The notes under the pieces are model-generated. The model searched no databases, had not been told where the DNA came from, and saw only the letters and a program-made list of their open reading frames with translations. From NCBI GenBank assembly GCA_016215325.1, contig JACRJV010000027.1:16090-80089 (forward strand): a DNA stretch of 64,000 nt. Direction: 5' to 3'. Below, in pieces: positions 45,365 to 54,477 of the stretch (its first letter is position 1; the number at the start of each line of letters is the position of its first letter). The translations under genes and the position numbers were made by a program. Source of the DNA: Candidatus Uhrbacteria bacterium. Its GTDB lineage: Bacteria; Patescibacteriota; Patescibacteriia; JACRJV01.

Positions 45365-46528
45365 ATGAAACAACGGACCATGCTCACGGTGGCCATCATC
45401 GGCATGTGGGCGTCTTTCGGCCTTTGGCGAGCGCTGCCGGCATACTCGGTGGCGTCCATCAACGGCGCTGCGTCTGGAGCGATCGCCATCAACCCGGTCG
45501 CCATGAGCGACCATGAGGTCATCGTGGGCGAGACGACTGTGTGGTTCAGCGACCATTTCTTCGATACCATGGACATCGACGACGAGGATGAATGTGAACT
45601 CCAGATCATCGATGATTGCATCCGGCACGTCATCCGCCGGTCGATCAACATTCTGGGGACCTTCCGGACACAGACACTGGTGCTTTGTTCGGTGGAGGAC
45701 TTCCGGTCCACGACGTACGCGGCCTGCGCCAGCGGAATGACCTCGGAAACTCCGGCCAAACTCTATTGGGATCAAGCCGAGGGGGTCGCGTACATCATCG
45801 CAAACGCCCGTCCGATTCCAGGGCCGCTGCTGGGGACCATGATTGCGACAACCGGTCTAGGGTACTCTCGAGTGCTCAAATGGCCGTTGCCCTCGGTGCT
45901 CCACCAAGCCATCATCGGCATGATCGCCGCTGACCGACCAGTGGATGGTTTGGCGTTGCGCGCTGATCCCCGCGGCCGGCAGTTCCTCGGGAGCCCCGCG
46001 TTCGCGACGATTGGCGGTCAACTGACAGACGGCATCAGCGGGTACCAGATTGTGGCTGCGAACGTCGCGCTCGACCAATTGTGGCGGGTCTCGCCCAGTG
46101 CCATCGCGACACTGGTCAGAGAATACGCTGACCGACACTGGAGGTACTACCAGTGTCTGGAGCGGCTGGACCAGTTTGCAAGAGCCGCAGGGTTGTCAGT
46201 CCGAATAGGAGAATGGACTTCAACCTACGGCTGCTTCCAGGTTCCGCAGGAAGGAGTGTGGGCGTTTAACCCCTGCGATCCGGCCGGTGTAGACCAGAAC
46301 CTGGTCTGCATTGTCGCTCGGGACGCAGACGGACGCCTGCCGGCCTTTAGTGCACGGTTCGTCGATGCGTGCCGTGTCAGCAACCCGCCGTTGGACGTGC
46401 CCTCCGGTGCGGTTGCGGGTATCAAGGTCGAGACGTTCCGCCGCGAGTGCGAAGCGGCTGACTGGGTCATTATCAAGGGGATGATTGGGCGCCGGACGTA
46501 CACCACTCAGGCCATCTTCCCGCCGTGA
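45365..46528 (+). CDS. Hypothetical secreted protein (GC-rich segment C)
   Basis: RBS GGAGGTG; signal peptide MKQRTMLTVAIIGMWASFGLWRALPAYS. Confidence 0.55.
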   Translation: MKQRTMLTVAIIGMWASFGLWRALPAYSVASINGAASGAIAINPVAMSDHEVIVGETTVWFSDHFFDTMDIDDEDECELQIIDDCIRHVIRRSINILGTFRTQTLVLCSVEDFRSTTYAACASGMTSETPAKLYWDQAEGVAYIIANARPIPGPLLGTMIATTGLGYSRVLKWPLPSVLHQAIIGMIAADRPVDGLALRADPRGRQFLGSPAFATIGGQLTDGISGYQIVAANVALDQLWRVSPSAIATLVREYADRHWRYYQCLERLDQFARAAGLSVRIGEWTSTYGCFQVPQEGVWAFNPCDPAGVDQNLVCIVARDADGRLPAFSARFVDACRVSNPPLDVPSGAVAGIKVETFRRECEAADWVIIKGMIGRRTYTTQAIFPP

Positions 46529-46545
46529 CCACAAGCGTTTCTATC

Positions 46546-46598
46546 GTCCCGACCGCGCTGCCGTTGGAGGGGGTGCGCGGTTGGGACACTGTTTTTTA
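46546..46598 (+). terminator. Rho-independent terminator GTCCCGACCGCGC...GCGCGGTTGGGAC plus T6
   Basis: 13-bp stem with one mismatch, then ACTGTTTTTT. Confidence 0.6.
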
Positions 46599-46660
46599 TT
46601 ATCAACACATCATTCTCACATTCTCAAGTTTGTAGGTATGTTGGAATTGTCTATAAAATA

Positions 46661-46705
46661 AGAAAAAACGCCGGCAGGGGAGGTGTCCCGTGCCGGCGTT
46701 TTGAT
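46661..46705. terminator. Bidirectional terminator CGCCGGCAGGGG...CCCGTGCCGGCG with an A-tract and a T-tract
   Basis: 12-bp stem; sits between convergent genes. Confidence 0.65.
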
Positions 46706-46717
46706 TTCGGGTATTCG

Positions 46718-47110
46718 TTAGGTTGGGGGAATTTGTGATGAATCGTCGTTTATCCCCTCCGTCAACCGTTCCTCGTACTCGATCCATTCACCCGAGGGAT
46801 GGGGTATGCGGTAGTATACGCGCATGTTCTCCCTGTCCACCCGCATGTTCATTGCCCAAAGCGAGTGGTAGGAGAGACCGAGGAGTTCCGCAAGGTGTTC
46901 GTCGGTACGGCGGTTATTGATATGCCACTTCCAGTCGCCCCAGAGCCTTGCTTCTCGTTGGGGGCGGATTTGTTCTTGCTCCGCTACCTCTTCCACCGTG
47001 ATGCCATTGCGACGACACAGTGACGATGTCTCGGCATCGAGGTTGCAAACGTACCATGCCCGCCGCAATGCAACGATCGTAAACAGAGATGAGTAATTGG
47101 TCGTATTCAT
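46718..47110 (-). CDS. Hypothetical protein with a possible helix-turn-helix
   Basis: RBS GGAGGG before the ATG; RRTDEHLAELLGLSYHSLW is HTH-like. Confidence 0.45.
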   Translation of the reverse strand: MNTTNYSSLFTIVALRRAWYVCNLDAETSSLCRRNGITVEEVAEQEQIRPQREARLWGDWKWHINNRRTDEHLAELLGLSYHSLWAMNMRVDRENMRVYYRIPHPSGEWIEYEERLTEGINDDSSQIPPT

Positions 47111-47242
47111 GGGTCCCTCCAAATTGTTAAGGTTCTTATCGCATGGTAGAGATCAAGTCAGAAAATGTACAGAAAAATCAACAATGATTGACATATAAGA
47201 TAATTTGTGATTTAATATTGGGCATAATATCGTAATCATTCG

Positions 47243-48004
47243 TTGTCGAAAAATATGTACGTTCATGAACTCCAGCACGCGGGGCTCACGGAAAAGCAAG
47301 CCAAGATCTACCTAGCGGCGTTGGAATTGGGTATGGCAAAAGCGCCGGAGATTGCCAAACAGGCCGGGCTCAAGCGGACTACTGCCTATGGCATTGTCGA
47401 TGAGCTGGTCCACAAGGGGTTGTTGAGCACGCAGAAAAAAGGATCGCGGATGCTGTTTCGAGCGCAAGATCCGCTGACCCTTTTGGGTTTGGTGGACCAA
47501 GGGCGACGTGCGGTGGCGCAGGTTGTCCCGCAATTGGCAGCCGTGTATGCTTCGAGTAATGTCCGACCACGCCTTGAGTTTTTTGAAGGCCGCGAAGGTA
47601 TCAAACGGATTTACGAAGATACCTTGCAATGCCGTTCGAAAAAAATTCTCCAGATTGTAAAGGTGGAGGACTTCAAGGAGTTCCCCGGTGGAGATTTTTC
47701 CCAGGAGTACATTCGGCGACGCGCCGAGAAGGGGATTATTGCCTTTGCGCTCCACCCGGCCAGTGGTGATACCTATGACCAGACGTATGGGCAAGAGAGC
47801 GCGCAATGGAAGCGGCACGTCCGGTATCTCCCCCCTTCGTTATTTTGCGCATCGATGATCATGATCTATGACCACAAGGTGATGATGATTTCGACCAAGG
47901 CAGAAAATTTTGGGTTCATTATTGAGAGTCAGGCATTTGCCAGCACTATGCGCTCGATGTTTGAGTTTCTCTGGAAGTTGGGGAGCGCCACTGCGCAAGA
48001 ATGA
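47243..48004 (+). CDS. TrmB-family transcriptional regulator
   Basis: N-terminal wHTH: LTEKQAKIYLAALELGMAKAPEIAKQAGLKRTTAYGIVDELVHKGLL. Confidence 0.7.
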   Translation: MSKNMYVHELQHAGLTEKQAKIYLAALELGMAKAPEIAKQAGLKRTTAYGIVDELVHKGLLSTQKKGSRMLFRAQDPLTLLGLVDQGRRAVAQVVPQLAAVYASSNVRPRLEFFEGREGIKRIYEDTLQCRSKKILQIVKVEDFKEFPGGDFSQEYIRRRAEKGIIAFALHPASGDTYDQTYGQESAQWKRHVRYLPPSLFCASMIMIYDHKVMMISTKAENFGFIIESQAFASTMRSMFEFLWKLGSATAQE

Positions 48005-48005
48005 T

Positions 48006-49070
48006 ATGGTCAGAAATATGAAAAAAATTGCTTTTATCATGGGATTGGTTGCGCTGGTAGTGGTGGCTATTACTGCGATGGCTACCGTGTACTCCCAGCA
48101 ACAACAACGGAAACGATCGACCGCCGCGGTGGTGTCTACACCGACACCAGAGGGGCGGTCGACGTTGGCGCCAGTGCCGCCAACGTCGCGGCGCGTGAGC
48201 TTTGCCATTGCCGGCGACATTATGTTGGCCCGGTCGGTTCGTCGGGCATTTGGGGCCAATGCATTTCGCGACCTACTCACATTTTTTGACGCCACAATAT
48301 TTGAGGGCGTCGATGCCGCCATTGCGAACTTGGAAGGGGCATTGAGTGATAAACCGGTTGCAAAAGAATCAAACCCCCATACCTTTGTCTTCCACTTCCC
48401 TCCGGAGGGGCTACGAGTTCTGGAAGACTTGCATCTTTCCGGCGTCAGTCTTGCCAATAATCATAGTTTGAACGCCGGCACCAAGGGCCTTGCCACAACG
48501 CGCCGGGTGGTGCAAGAAGCCAACATCAAGCCGATCGGCGATCCACAATCGGTCACCGAGGATCATGTCGGACAATTTGAAGGCAACGGCCTTACTTTGT
48601 ATATTATTGCGGTCAACGATATCGGCAACGGCCAACCGCATGATCCCATCCCGCTGATCCGGCGATTAACCCAGGATCCCAACGCGCGCGCGATCGTGTT
48701 CCCGCATTGGGGGGTAGAGTATGCGCCCCGGCATAGCAAACGGCAAGAGCAGCTCGCGCACGATTGGATCGACGCGGGCGCTGACGCAGTGATTGGGGGC
48801 CATCCGCATGTGGTCCAAGACATGGAGCTCTACCACAACAAACCGATTGTCTATTCATTAGGGAATTTTATTTTTGATCAGATGTTCTCGGCCGAAACGC
48901 AGCGCGGGCTCATTGTAAAAGGCGAGTTCATAGAAGATCAATTGGTTCTTGCAGTTCTTCCTATTGAATCGAATCGCATGCAACCCCGGATGGTCGAGGC
49001 TCCAGAATGGTTTGATCGTTGGCTCCAAGAGAACAAAAACGCTCTTGACGCGGTGGGCGGTATTCCTTGA
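48006..49070 (+). CDS. CapA/PGA_cap-family metallophosphatase-like protein (poly-gamma-glutamate synthesis family)
   Basis: N-terminal TM helix; FAIAGDIMLAR...NLEGAL...ANNHSLNAG...GGHPHVVQ. Confidence 0.75.
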   Translation: MVRNMKKIAFIMGLVALVVVAITAMATVYSQQQQRKRSTAAVVSTPTPEGRSTLAPVPPTSRRVSFAIAGDIMLARSVRRAFGANAFRDLLTFFDATIFEGVDAAIANLEGALSDKPVAKESNPHTFVFHFPPEGLRVLEDLHLSGVSLANNHSLNAGTKGLATTRRVVQEANIKPIGDPQSVTEDHVGQFEGNGLTLYIIAVNDIGNGQPHDPIPLIRRLTQDPNARAIVFPHWGVEYAPRHSKRQEQLAHDWIDAGADAVIGGHPHVVQDMELYHNKPIVYSLGNFIFDQMFSAETQRGLIVKGEFIEDQLVLAVLPIESNRMQPRMVEAPEWFDRWLQENKNALDAVGGIP

Positions 49071-49130
49071 TTTTGGGGCTGATTGTCTAGTATAGTGACC
49101 CTATCGCTCTATTTTTGGACCCCCGGCTGT

Positions 49131-50351
49131 ATGATTTTTTTAAGTTATCTATTGGGCGCGCGTGTTCGTGATGCGCAGGGCTCCGCGGTTGGGACCATTA
49201 TCGATGCCCTTGTCGACTTGCGCCGATCGGAGGACGTTCCACCCCTTGTTGGTTTGCTGTGCCGACGCAGTGCCGGCGAAGAAGCGGTTTGCTTATCACC
49301 AGATTCGTTAGAAAGTTGGGGGCCGGATTCTGTAATTTTGGATGCCCGTATTGACGATGCAATCATCACGACACCAACAGGGCCAGGGGTCGTAGCGCTC
49401 AAAGAATCCGTGATGGACAAGCAGATCGTTGATTTAAGCGGGCTTCGCGTGGTGCGGGTGAATGATGTGCAATTTAGCCGCGTCCGATCGGTTATGAGCC
49501 TGGTAGCGTTGGACATCAGCACGCGGGGGTTATTGCGCCGGATGGGATTTTCGCACCCGCGTTGGGATCGCCTGCTTAAGCCCAATTTTTTAGAGTGGAA
49601 GGATGTGAGTCTTGTAGAAAACCAGCTCCACTTGACTCAGCATGTCGAGGACATGGTCAAGCTCCACCCCGCGGACATCGCAAACCTCATCGAACACATG
49701 AATATTCGGCATGGATCCGTTGTTCTCCAATCCCTGGACCAGGCGACTGCGGCGAGAGTGCTGGAAGAAGTCCAACCCGAGATCCAAACAATTTTGGTGA
49801 AAAGTTTAGGTCCAGAGCGCGCTGCCAGCATTATGCAAAAAATGTCGGTCGACGAACTCGTCGACCTCATGCAGGCATTGCCCAACCCAGAGTCGGGAGA
49901 GATTATGCGTCGGCTCCCGGGCAATGAAAAGACCGAAGACCTTCGTTCGATCATCAAGTATGATGAAGATACGGCGGGCGGGCTTATGACCACCGAATTT
50001 GTTTCCGCGCAGCCCAACCTTACTGTACGGCAAGCCGTGGACCTCATCCGAAAAGTCTCTACCATCCATCATAGTCTCCCCTTTGTCTACATTGTCGACC
50101 AAAGAGAAAAATTTCTCGGGGTCGTTTCTACGCGGCGGCTACTGATTGCTGATCCGGACCAAACGCTCGCGGAGGTGATGAAGTTGAGCGAGCGACTCCC
50201 CACCGCTGGTGAGAATGATCGTCTCATGGATGTGGCAACATTGATGACAAAATATAACCTCTTTACGGTCGCGGTGTTGGATGGCAAAGGAAAGTTACTT
50301 GGCGTTGTCACCGCCGATGATATCATGCGTTCGCTCATACCGAACGCATAA
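49131..50351 (+). CDS. Soluble PRC-barrel-like, MgtE-N and tandem CBS domain protein (no transporter domain)
   Basis: MgtE_N-like helical region plus two CBS motifs; ends where MgtE transmembrane helices would begin. Confidence 0.6.
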   Translation: MIFLSYLLGARVRDAQGSAVGTIIDALVDLRRSEDVPPLVGLLCRRSAGEEAVCLSPDSLESWGPDSVILDARIDDAIITTPTGPGVVALKESVMDKQIVDLSGLRVVRVNDVQFSRVRSVMSLVALDISTRGLLRRMGFSHPRWDRLLKPNFLEWKDVSLVENQLHLTQHVEDMVKLHPADIANLIEHMNIRHGSVVLQSLDQATAARVLEEVQPEIQTILVKSLGPERAASIMQKMSVDELVDLMQALPNPESGEIMRRLPGNEKTEDLRSIIKYDEDTAGGLMTTEFVSAQPNLTVRQAVDLIRKVSTIHHSLPFVYIVDQREKFLGVVSTRRLLIADPDQTLAEVMKLSERLPTAGENDRLMDVATLMTKYNLFTVAVLDGKGKLLGVVTADDIMRSLIPNA

Positions 50352-50362
50352 ATCTTGTTTGT

Positions 50363-51616
50363 ATGGCGTTGCGTTGGAAAAACACTCTTTGGCCCAAGGT
50401 GTTATTTTTTTTGAGCGTGATCGGCCCTGGGATTATTGCGGCTAACGCCGATAATGATGCCGGCGGGATCAGCACGTATTCCATCGTTGGCGCCCACTTT
50501 GGCACCTCGATGTTATGGATCTTGTTTTTACTGACCTTTTCACTGGCGGTGACACAAGAGATGGGCGTACGCATTGGTCTGGTCACGCAACAAGGCTTGG
50601 GCGGGGTGATCCGGGAATACTTTGGCGTGCGCTGGACCGTCTTTGCCATGGTGGCAATGCTCATCGCCAATATGGGGACCATCGTCGCAGAGTTCGCCGG
50701 GATTGCGTCGTCGTTTGAATTATTTGGTATCACAAAATATCTTGTCGTTCCTATTGCCGCTGTGGTGGTCTGGACGGTGTTATACAAAGGATCGTTTCGC
50801 GCGGCTCAAAAAATCTTTTTGCTGTTTTCGATGTTCTACATTGTTTACATCATCAATGGGTTTATCGTCAAGCCGGATTTTGGGTTGGCATTCAAGAGCC
50901 TTATTACGCCGCAAATCCAATGGTCTGGCACATATTTACTCACCATGATTGCTCTGATTGGGACAACGATTACCCCCTGGGGACAGTTTTTCATCCAATC
51001 ATATGTGGTGGATAAGGGGCTTAATATTAAGCATTATTCTGTAGAAAAATGGGAAGTATTCATCGGGGCGCTGATTACGAATGTCGTCAGTTTCTTTATT
51101 ATTGTGAGTACGGCGTTTACATTGTTTCAAGCGGGGATTCGCATTCATGACGCGAAAGATGCGGCGTTCGCTCTGGAACCGTTAGCGGGGCATTTTGCCG
51201 AAGTCCTCTTCGCGTTTGGATTATTTAGCGCCTCGATGTTGGGAGCGTTTATCTTGCCGGTGGCGACATCGTATGCGGTGTGCGAGGCATTGGGCTGGGA
51301 ATATGGGTTTAACACCAATTGGAAGAACGGGCGGATGTTTTATAGCATCATTCTTTTTTCGATCATCCTGCCGGCGCTGATAGTGCTCATTCCGCGTTTG
51401 CCATTAGTCAATGTGATGCTCTTGAGCCAGGATATCAATGGGATCTTATTGCCCATCATCCTTATCTTCGTGATGCTCATTATCAACAACCCGCGCATCA
51501 TGGGAGCGCATACAAACAAGCGATGGGGGAATGCCATCGCTTGGTTGACTATTATCGGGATTATTTTCGCCACCGTGTTACTGGTCGTTGCCCCATTGAT
51601 CGGGCTTGCCCCTTAG
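50363..51616 (+). CDS. NRAMP-family divalent metal transporter
   Basis: GPGIIAANADNDAGGIST and further NRAMP motifs; about 11 transmembrane helices. Confidence 0.85.
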   Translation: MALRWKNTLWPKVLFFLSVIGPGIIAANADNDAGGISTYSIVGAHFGTSMLWILFLLTFSLAVTQEMGVRIGLVTQQGLGGVIREYFGVRWTVFAMVAMLIANMGTIVAEFAGIASSFELFGITKYLVVPIAAVVVWTVLYKGSFRAAQKIFLLFSMFYIVYIINGFIVKPDFGLAFKSLITPQIQWSGTYLLTMIALIGTTITPWGQFFIQSYVVDKGLNIKHYSVEKWEVFIGALITNVVSFFIIVSTAFTLFQAGIRIHDAKDAAFALEPLAGHFAEVLFAFGLFSASMLGAFILPVATSYAVCEALGWEYGFNTNWKNGRMFYSIILFSIILPALIVLIPRLPLVNVMLLSQDINGILLPIILIFVMLIINNPRIMGAHTNKRWGNAIAWLTIIGIIFATVLLVVAPLIGLAP

Positions 51617-52056
51617 GCCAGCAGTTGTTTGACCCGATCGCAGACGAGTTTGCCATCCGCGCGACCGCGAGTTTTGACACTCACTTCTTTCATCACTTTG
51701 CCGAAATCAGCAGTGGTTGAGGCTCCAGTGTTAGTGATCGTTTCACGGATGATTGCATCTACTTCCTCCGTTGTGAGTTGCTGCGGTAAATAGGATTCGA
51801 GAATCTGGAGTTCTTGTTGTTCGGATTGCGCGAGATCGGCACGGCTCGCACGCGTATATTCTTCGATTGCTTCTCTCCGGCGCTTTACTTCTCGCTGGAT
51901 AATCGAGACGGTCTCCTCTGGCGTTGCTTCGTGGAGATCCCCCTGACGTTCCGAAAGTTGGATGGCAGACAAGAGCAACCGGAGCGTTGAGACGCGGAGT
52001 TTTTCTTTTGCGATCATCGCTTGCTTTAATTGCAGTTGGAGGTCTTGTTTGGTCAT
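51613..52056 (-). CDS. yqeY: GatB/YqeY-domain protein
   Basis: YqeY-family sequence; 4-nt overlap with the NRAMP stop. Confidence 0.75.
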   Translation of the reverse strand: MTKQDLQLQLKQAMIAKEKLRVSTLRLLLSAIQLSERQGDLHEATPEETVSIIQREVKRRREAIEEYTRASRADLAQSEQQELQILESYLPQQLTTEEVDAIIRETITNTGASTTADFGKVMKEVSVKTRGRADGKLVCDRVKQLLA

Positions 52057-52071
52057 ACCGTAGAAATGAAT

Positions 52072-53622
52072 TTATTCAATACCTAACTTATCGCGGAGCA
52101 ATTGTGCAGCAATCTCCGGGTTCGCCCTTCCTTTAGTTTTTTTCATTACTTGGCCGACTAAAAATTGCAGTGCGGTCACCTTCCCACCTTTCACATCTGC
52201 CACCACCTTTGGGTTCTCTGCGACTACCGTGTCGACATGTTCTTGGATGCTTGCGGCATCCGAGACTTGTGCGAGCCCTTGTTCTTCGAGGATTTGGCTC
52301 GGATCGCCTCCGGAAACCACCATATGAGTGAGTAGTTGGAGCGCATTAGTGCCATTGACCTTGTTGGTTGCGATCATCGATAGTAACTCCGCGAGATTTT
52401 CCGCATCGAGTTTCATCGTCGACAATGTTCGTTTTTGTTCGTTGAGCACTCCGAGCAGCTTGCTGCCGATCCAGCCGGCGACAAGTTTTGTCCATTTAGA
52501 ACGTGTTTGCAATGCCGCATCACTCGCCTCTCCCACAGTATCGCGGATCCATGTGGTGAGCTCTGCCATCACTTGCTCCACAAAAGCGGCGAGTTCTTTT
52601 GAGTCGCAGAAGACCGCTGCATCAGAACTGGTAAAACCGTACTCTTGCTCAAATCGTTGCCGTTTTGCTGCAGGCAGTTCCGGGAGTTGCTGTACAATTC
52701 CGGCAATGCGTTCGGGCGTAAATGTTATTGGCGGTAAATCGGGTTCGGGGAAGTATCGATAGTCGTGCGCTTCTTCTTTTGTGCGTTGCTCGACCGTGAT
52801 ACCGCGAGCATCATCCCATCCGCGAGTGGATTGGAAATTGACTGGATTTCCTTCTTCCCAGAGTTTGGTTTGACGGATGATTTCGTATTCCAGGGCACGC
52901 TCCACCGATTTGAATGAATTCATATTTTTCACTTCTGTTTTTGGCCCGAGTTTCGAGTAATCCGTAATCCAGTCCTCCTGGTCCCTGGCCACTGGTCCCT
53001 GGCCACTGACCTCTCGCATGGAGATATTTGCATCACACCGCAGATGCCCCTTTTCCATATCTGCTTCGGAAACGCCGATGTACCGTGCGATGCGCTGGAG
53101 TTCTTGTAAGAAATTCTTGGCTTCCGCCGGGGAGCGGAAATCTGGTTCCGTGACGATCTCCATGAGCGGGGAGCCGGCGCGGTTAAAATCGACATAGGAT
53201 TCTTTATTTTTTCCATGCAGGAGTTTGCCGGCGTCTTCTTCAAGGTGGAGGCGAGTGATTCGGATTTTTTTCTGGTATTTCCCCTTGGGGGAGGCCACGT
53301 CAAAGACCACCGCGCCATTCGTGCATAACGGTTGGTCGTATTGGGAAATTTGATAGCCCTTGGGGAGGTCGGGATAGAAATAATTTTTTCGGTCAAACTT
53401 GGAGAACGCTGCAACGGTGCACCCTAACGCTGCACCCATGAGCGCCCCCTTTTCGAGTGCAATGCGGTTGATGATCGGCAGCGTCCCTGGCTGTCCGGTG
53501 CAGATCGGGCAGATGGCTGTGTTGGGGGCCTCGTCTTCGACCATGTTCGGGCAGCCGCAGAACATTTTGCTCTGGGTATTAGTGCGGATGTGGATTTCTA
53601 ATCCTATAATCGGCTGTAGCAT
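52072..53622 (-). CDS. gatB: Asp/Glu-tRNA(Asn/Gln) amidotransferase subunit B
   Basis: N-terminal GLEIHIRTNTQSKMFCGC...CPICTGQPG. Confidence 0.92.
   Translation of the reverse strand: MLQPIIGLEIHIRTNTQSKMFCGCPNMVEDEAPNTAICPICTGQPGTLPIINRIALEKGALMGAALGCTVAAFSKFDRKNYFYPDLPKGYQISQYDQPLCTNGAVVFDVASPKGKYQKKIRITRLHLEEDAGKLLHGKNKESYVDFNRAGSPLMEIVTEPDFRSPAEAKNFLQELQRIARYIGVSEADMEKGHLRCDANISMREVSGQGPVARDQEDWITDYSKLGPKTEVKNMNSFKSVERALEYEIIRQTKLWEEGNPVNFQSTRGWDDARGITVEQRTKEEAHDYRYFPEPDLPPITFTPERIAGIVQQLPELPAAKRQRFEQEYGFTSSDAAVFCDSKELAAFVEQVMAELTTWIRDTVGEASDAALQTRSKWTKLVAGWIGSKLLGVLNEQKRTLSTMKLDAENLAELLSMIATNKVNGTNALQLLTHMVVSGGDPSQILEEQGLAQVSDAASIQEHVDTVVAENPKVVADVKGGKVTALQFLVGQVMKKTKGRANPEIAAQLLRDKLGIE
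52979..53009. repeat. Tandem 14-mer repeat (CTGGTCCCTGGCCA, 2 copies) inside the gatB CDS
   Basis: Encodes VSGQGPVARDQ; the same CTGGTCCCTGG word recurs upstream of nusG and rplA. Confidence 0.6.
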
Positions 53623-53720
53623 AGTGGATGGTTGCTGGAATTGGAGATTGGTAATAGAGAGTAGAAAATAGAGGTTGGAAACATTTCTAATCTCTATACA
53701 CCAATTTCCATTACCAGTCT
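53623..53720. repeat. Palindromic AT-rich spacer (GGTTGCTGGAATTGGAGATTGGTAATAGAGAGTAGAAAATAGAGGTTGGAAAC...) between tmk and gatB
   Basis: Related to the 26952-27062 palindrome. Confidence 0.6.
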
Positions 53721-54389
53721 CTAATTTCTAGCAACCAATTTCCGTTTTACAACTGCCCATATCTTCTCATGGATCTCCTCCTTACTCAAGAGCGTTCCAT
53801 CGGGGGCGCAATTGATGAGGGAAATGTGGTTTTTTGACGTTGCGGCAAGTGTTTTGTAGAGAGCTAAGATATCGTTTTGGTGTCTTCGATTGCGTTCGAT
53901 ATGATCCAAACGCTGGTTTGTTTTTTTGGAGCGTTCGCGCAGGAGTTGCACTGAGATAGCCGTAGGAACCGTGAGAACAATCGTATGGTCTGCTCGGGGA
54001 ATGCCAAACACCCCATACTCCAATTGTTCGATCCAGCGCCAGAGCGGCTTGCGTTTTGCCGGCGGCAGCTTGGCGGCGGAATACACTAAACTACTGGTCA
54101 CATAGCGGCTGGAGATCACCGCTTCGCCGCGCTCTATCCATTTGCGAATCTGGGCACTGGCATCAAAGCGATCCACCGCATACAGGATACTGCTGACCTC
54201 GGCCTTGAGCTTGCCCGGATCGCCATAGCGGCCATGGAGGTATTGGTCAACCGCCCAAGCAGCAGAGTGTCCATGGCGAGGGAACGCAATCGTGCGAGTA
54301 GGAAAATGTTCTTTGCGCATACGGCGCGCCAGGAGCTTGAGCTGGGTGGTTTTCCCGGATCCATCAGTGCCTTCGATAACGATGAACAT
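53721..54389 (-). CDS. tmk: Thymidylate kinase
   Basis: P-loop IEGTDGSGKTTQ; start at the internal Met (54389). Confidence 0.88.
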   Translation of the reverse strand: MFIVIEGTDGSGKTTQLKLLARRMRKEHFPTRTIAFPRHGHSAAWAVDQYLHGRYGDPGKLKAEVSSILYAVDRFDASAQIRKWIERGEAVISSRYVTSSLVYSAAKLPPAKRKPLWRWIEQLEYGVFGIPRADHTIVLTVPTAISVQLLRERSKKTNQRLDHIERNRRHQNDILALYKTLAATSKNHISLINCAPDGTLLSKEEIHEKIWAVVKRKLVARN

Positions 54390-54390
54390 A

Positions 54391-54473
54391 CGATACGAGA
54401 TATGAAGATATGAGGATATGAAGGGATAGCGGATAATAGCACTCTTAATATCTACGTATCTGATATCTTCGTA
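54391..54473. repeat. GATACGAGATATGAAGATATGAGGATATGAAGG...ATATCTTCGTAT palindromic leader element upstream of tmk
   Basis: Terminal inverted repeat ATACGA(A)GATAT; related copies at about 22355-22440 and 172-215. Confidence 0.5.
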
Positions 54474-54477
54474 TTTT

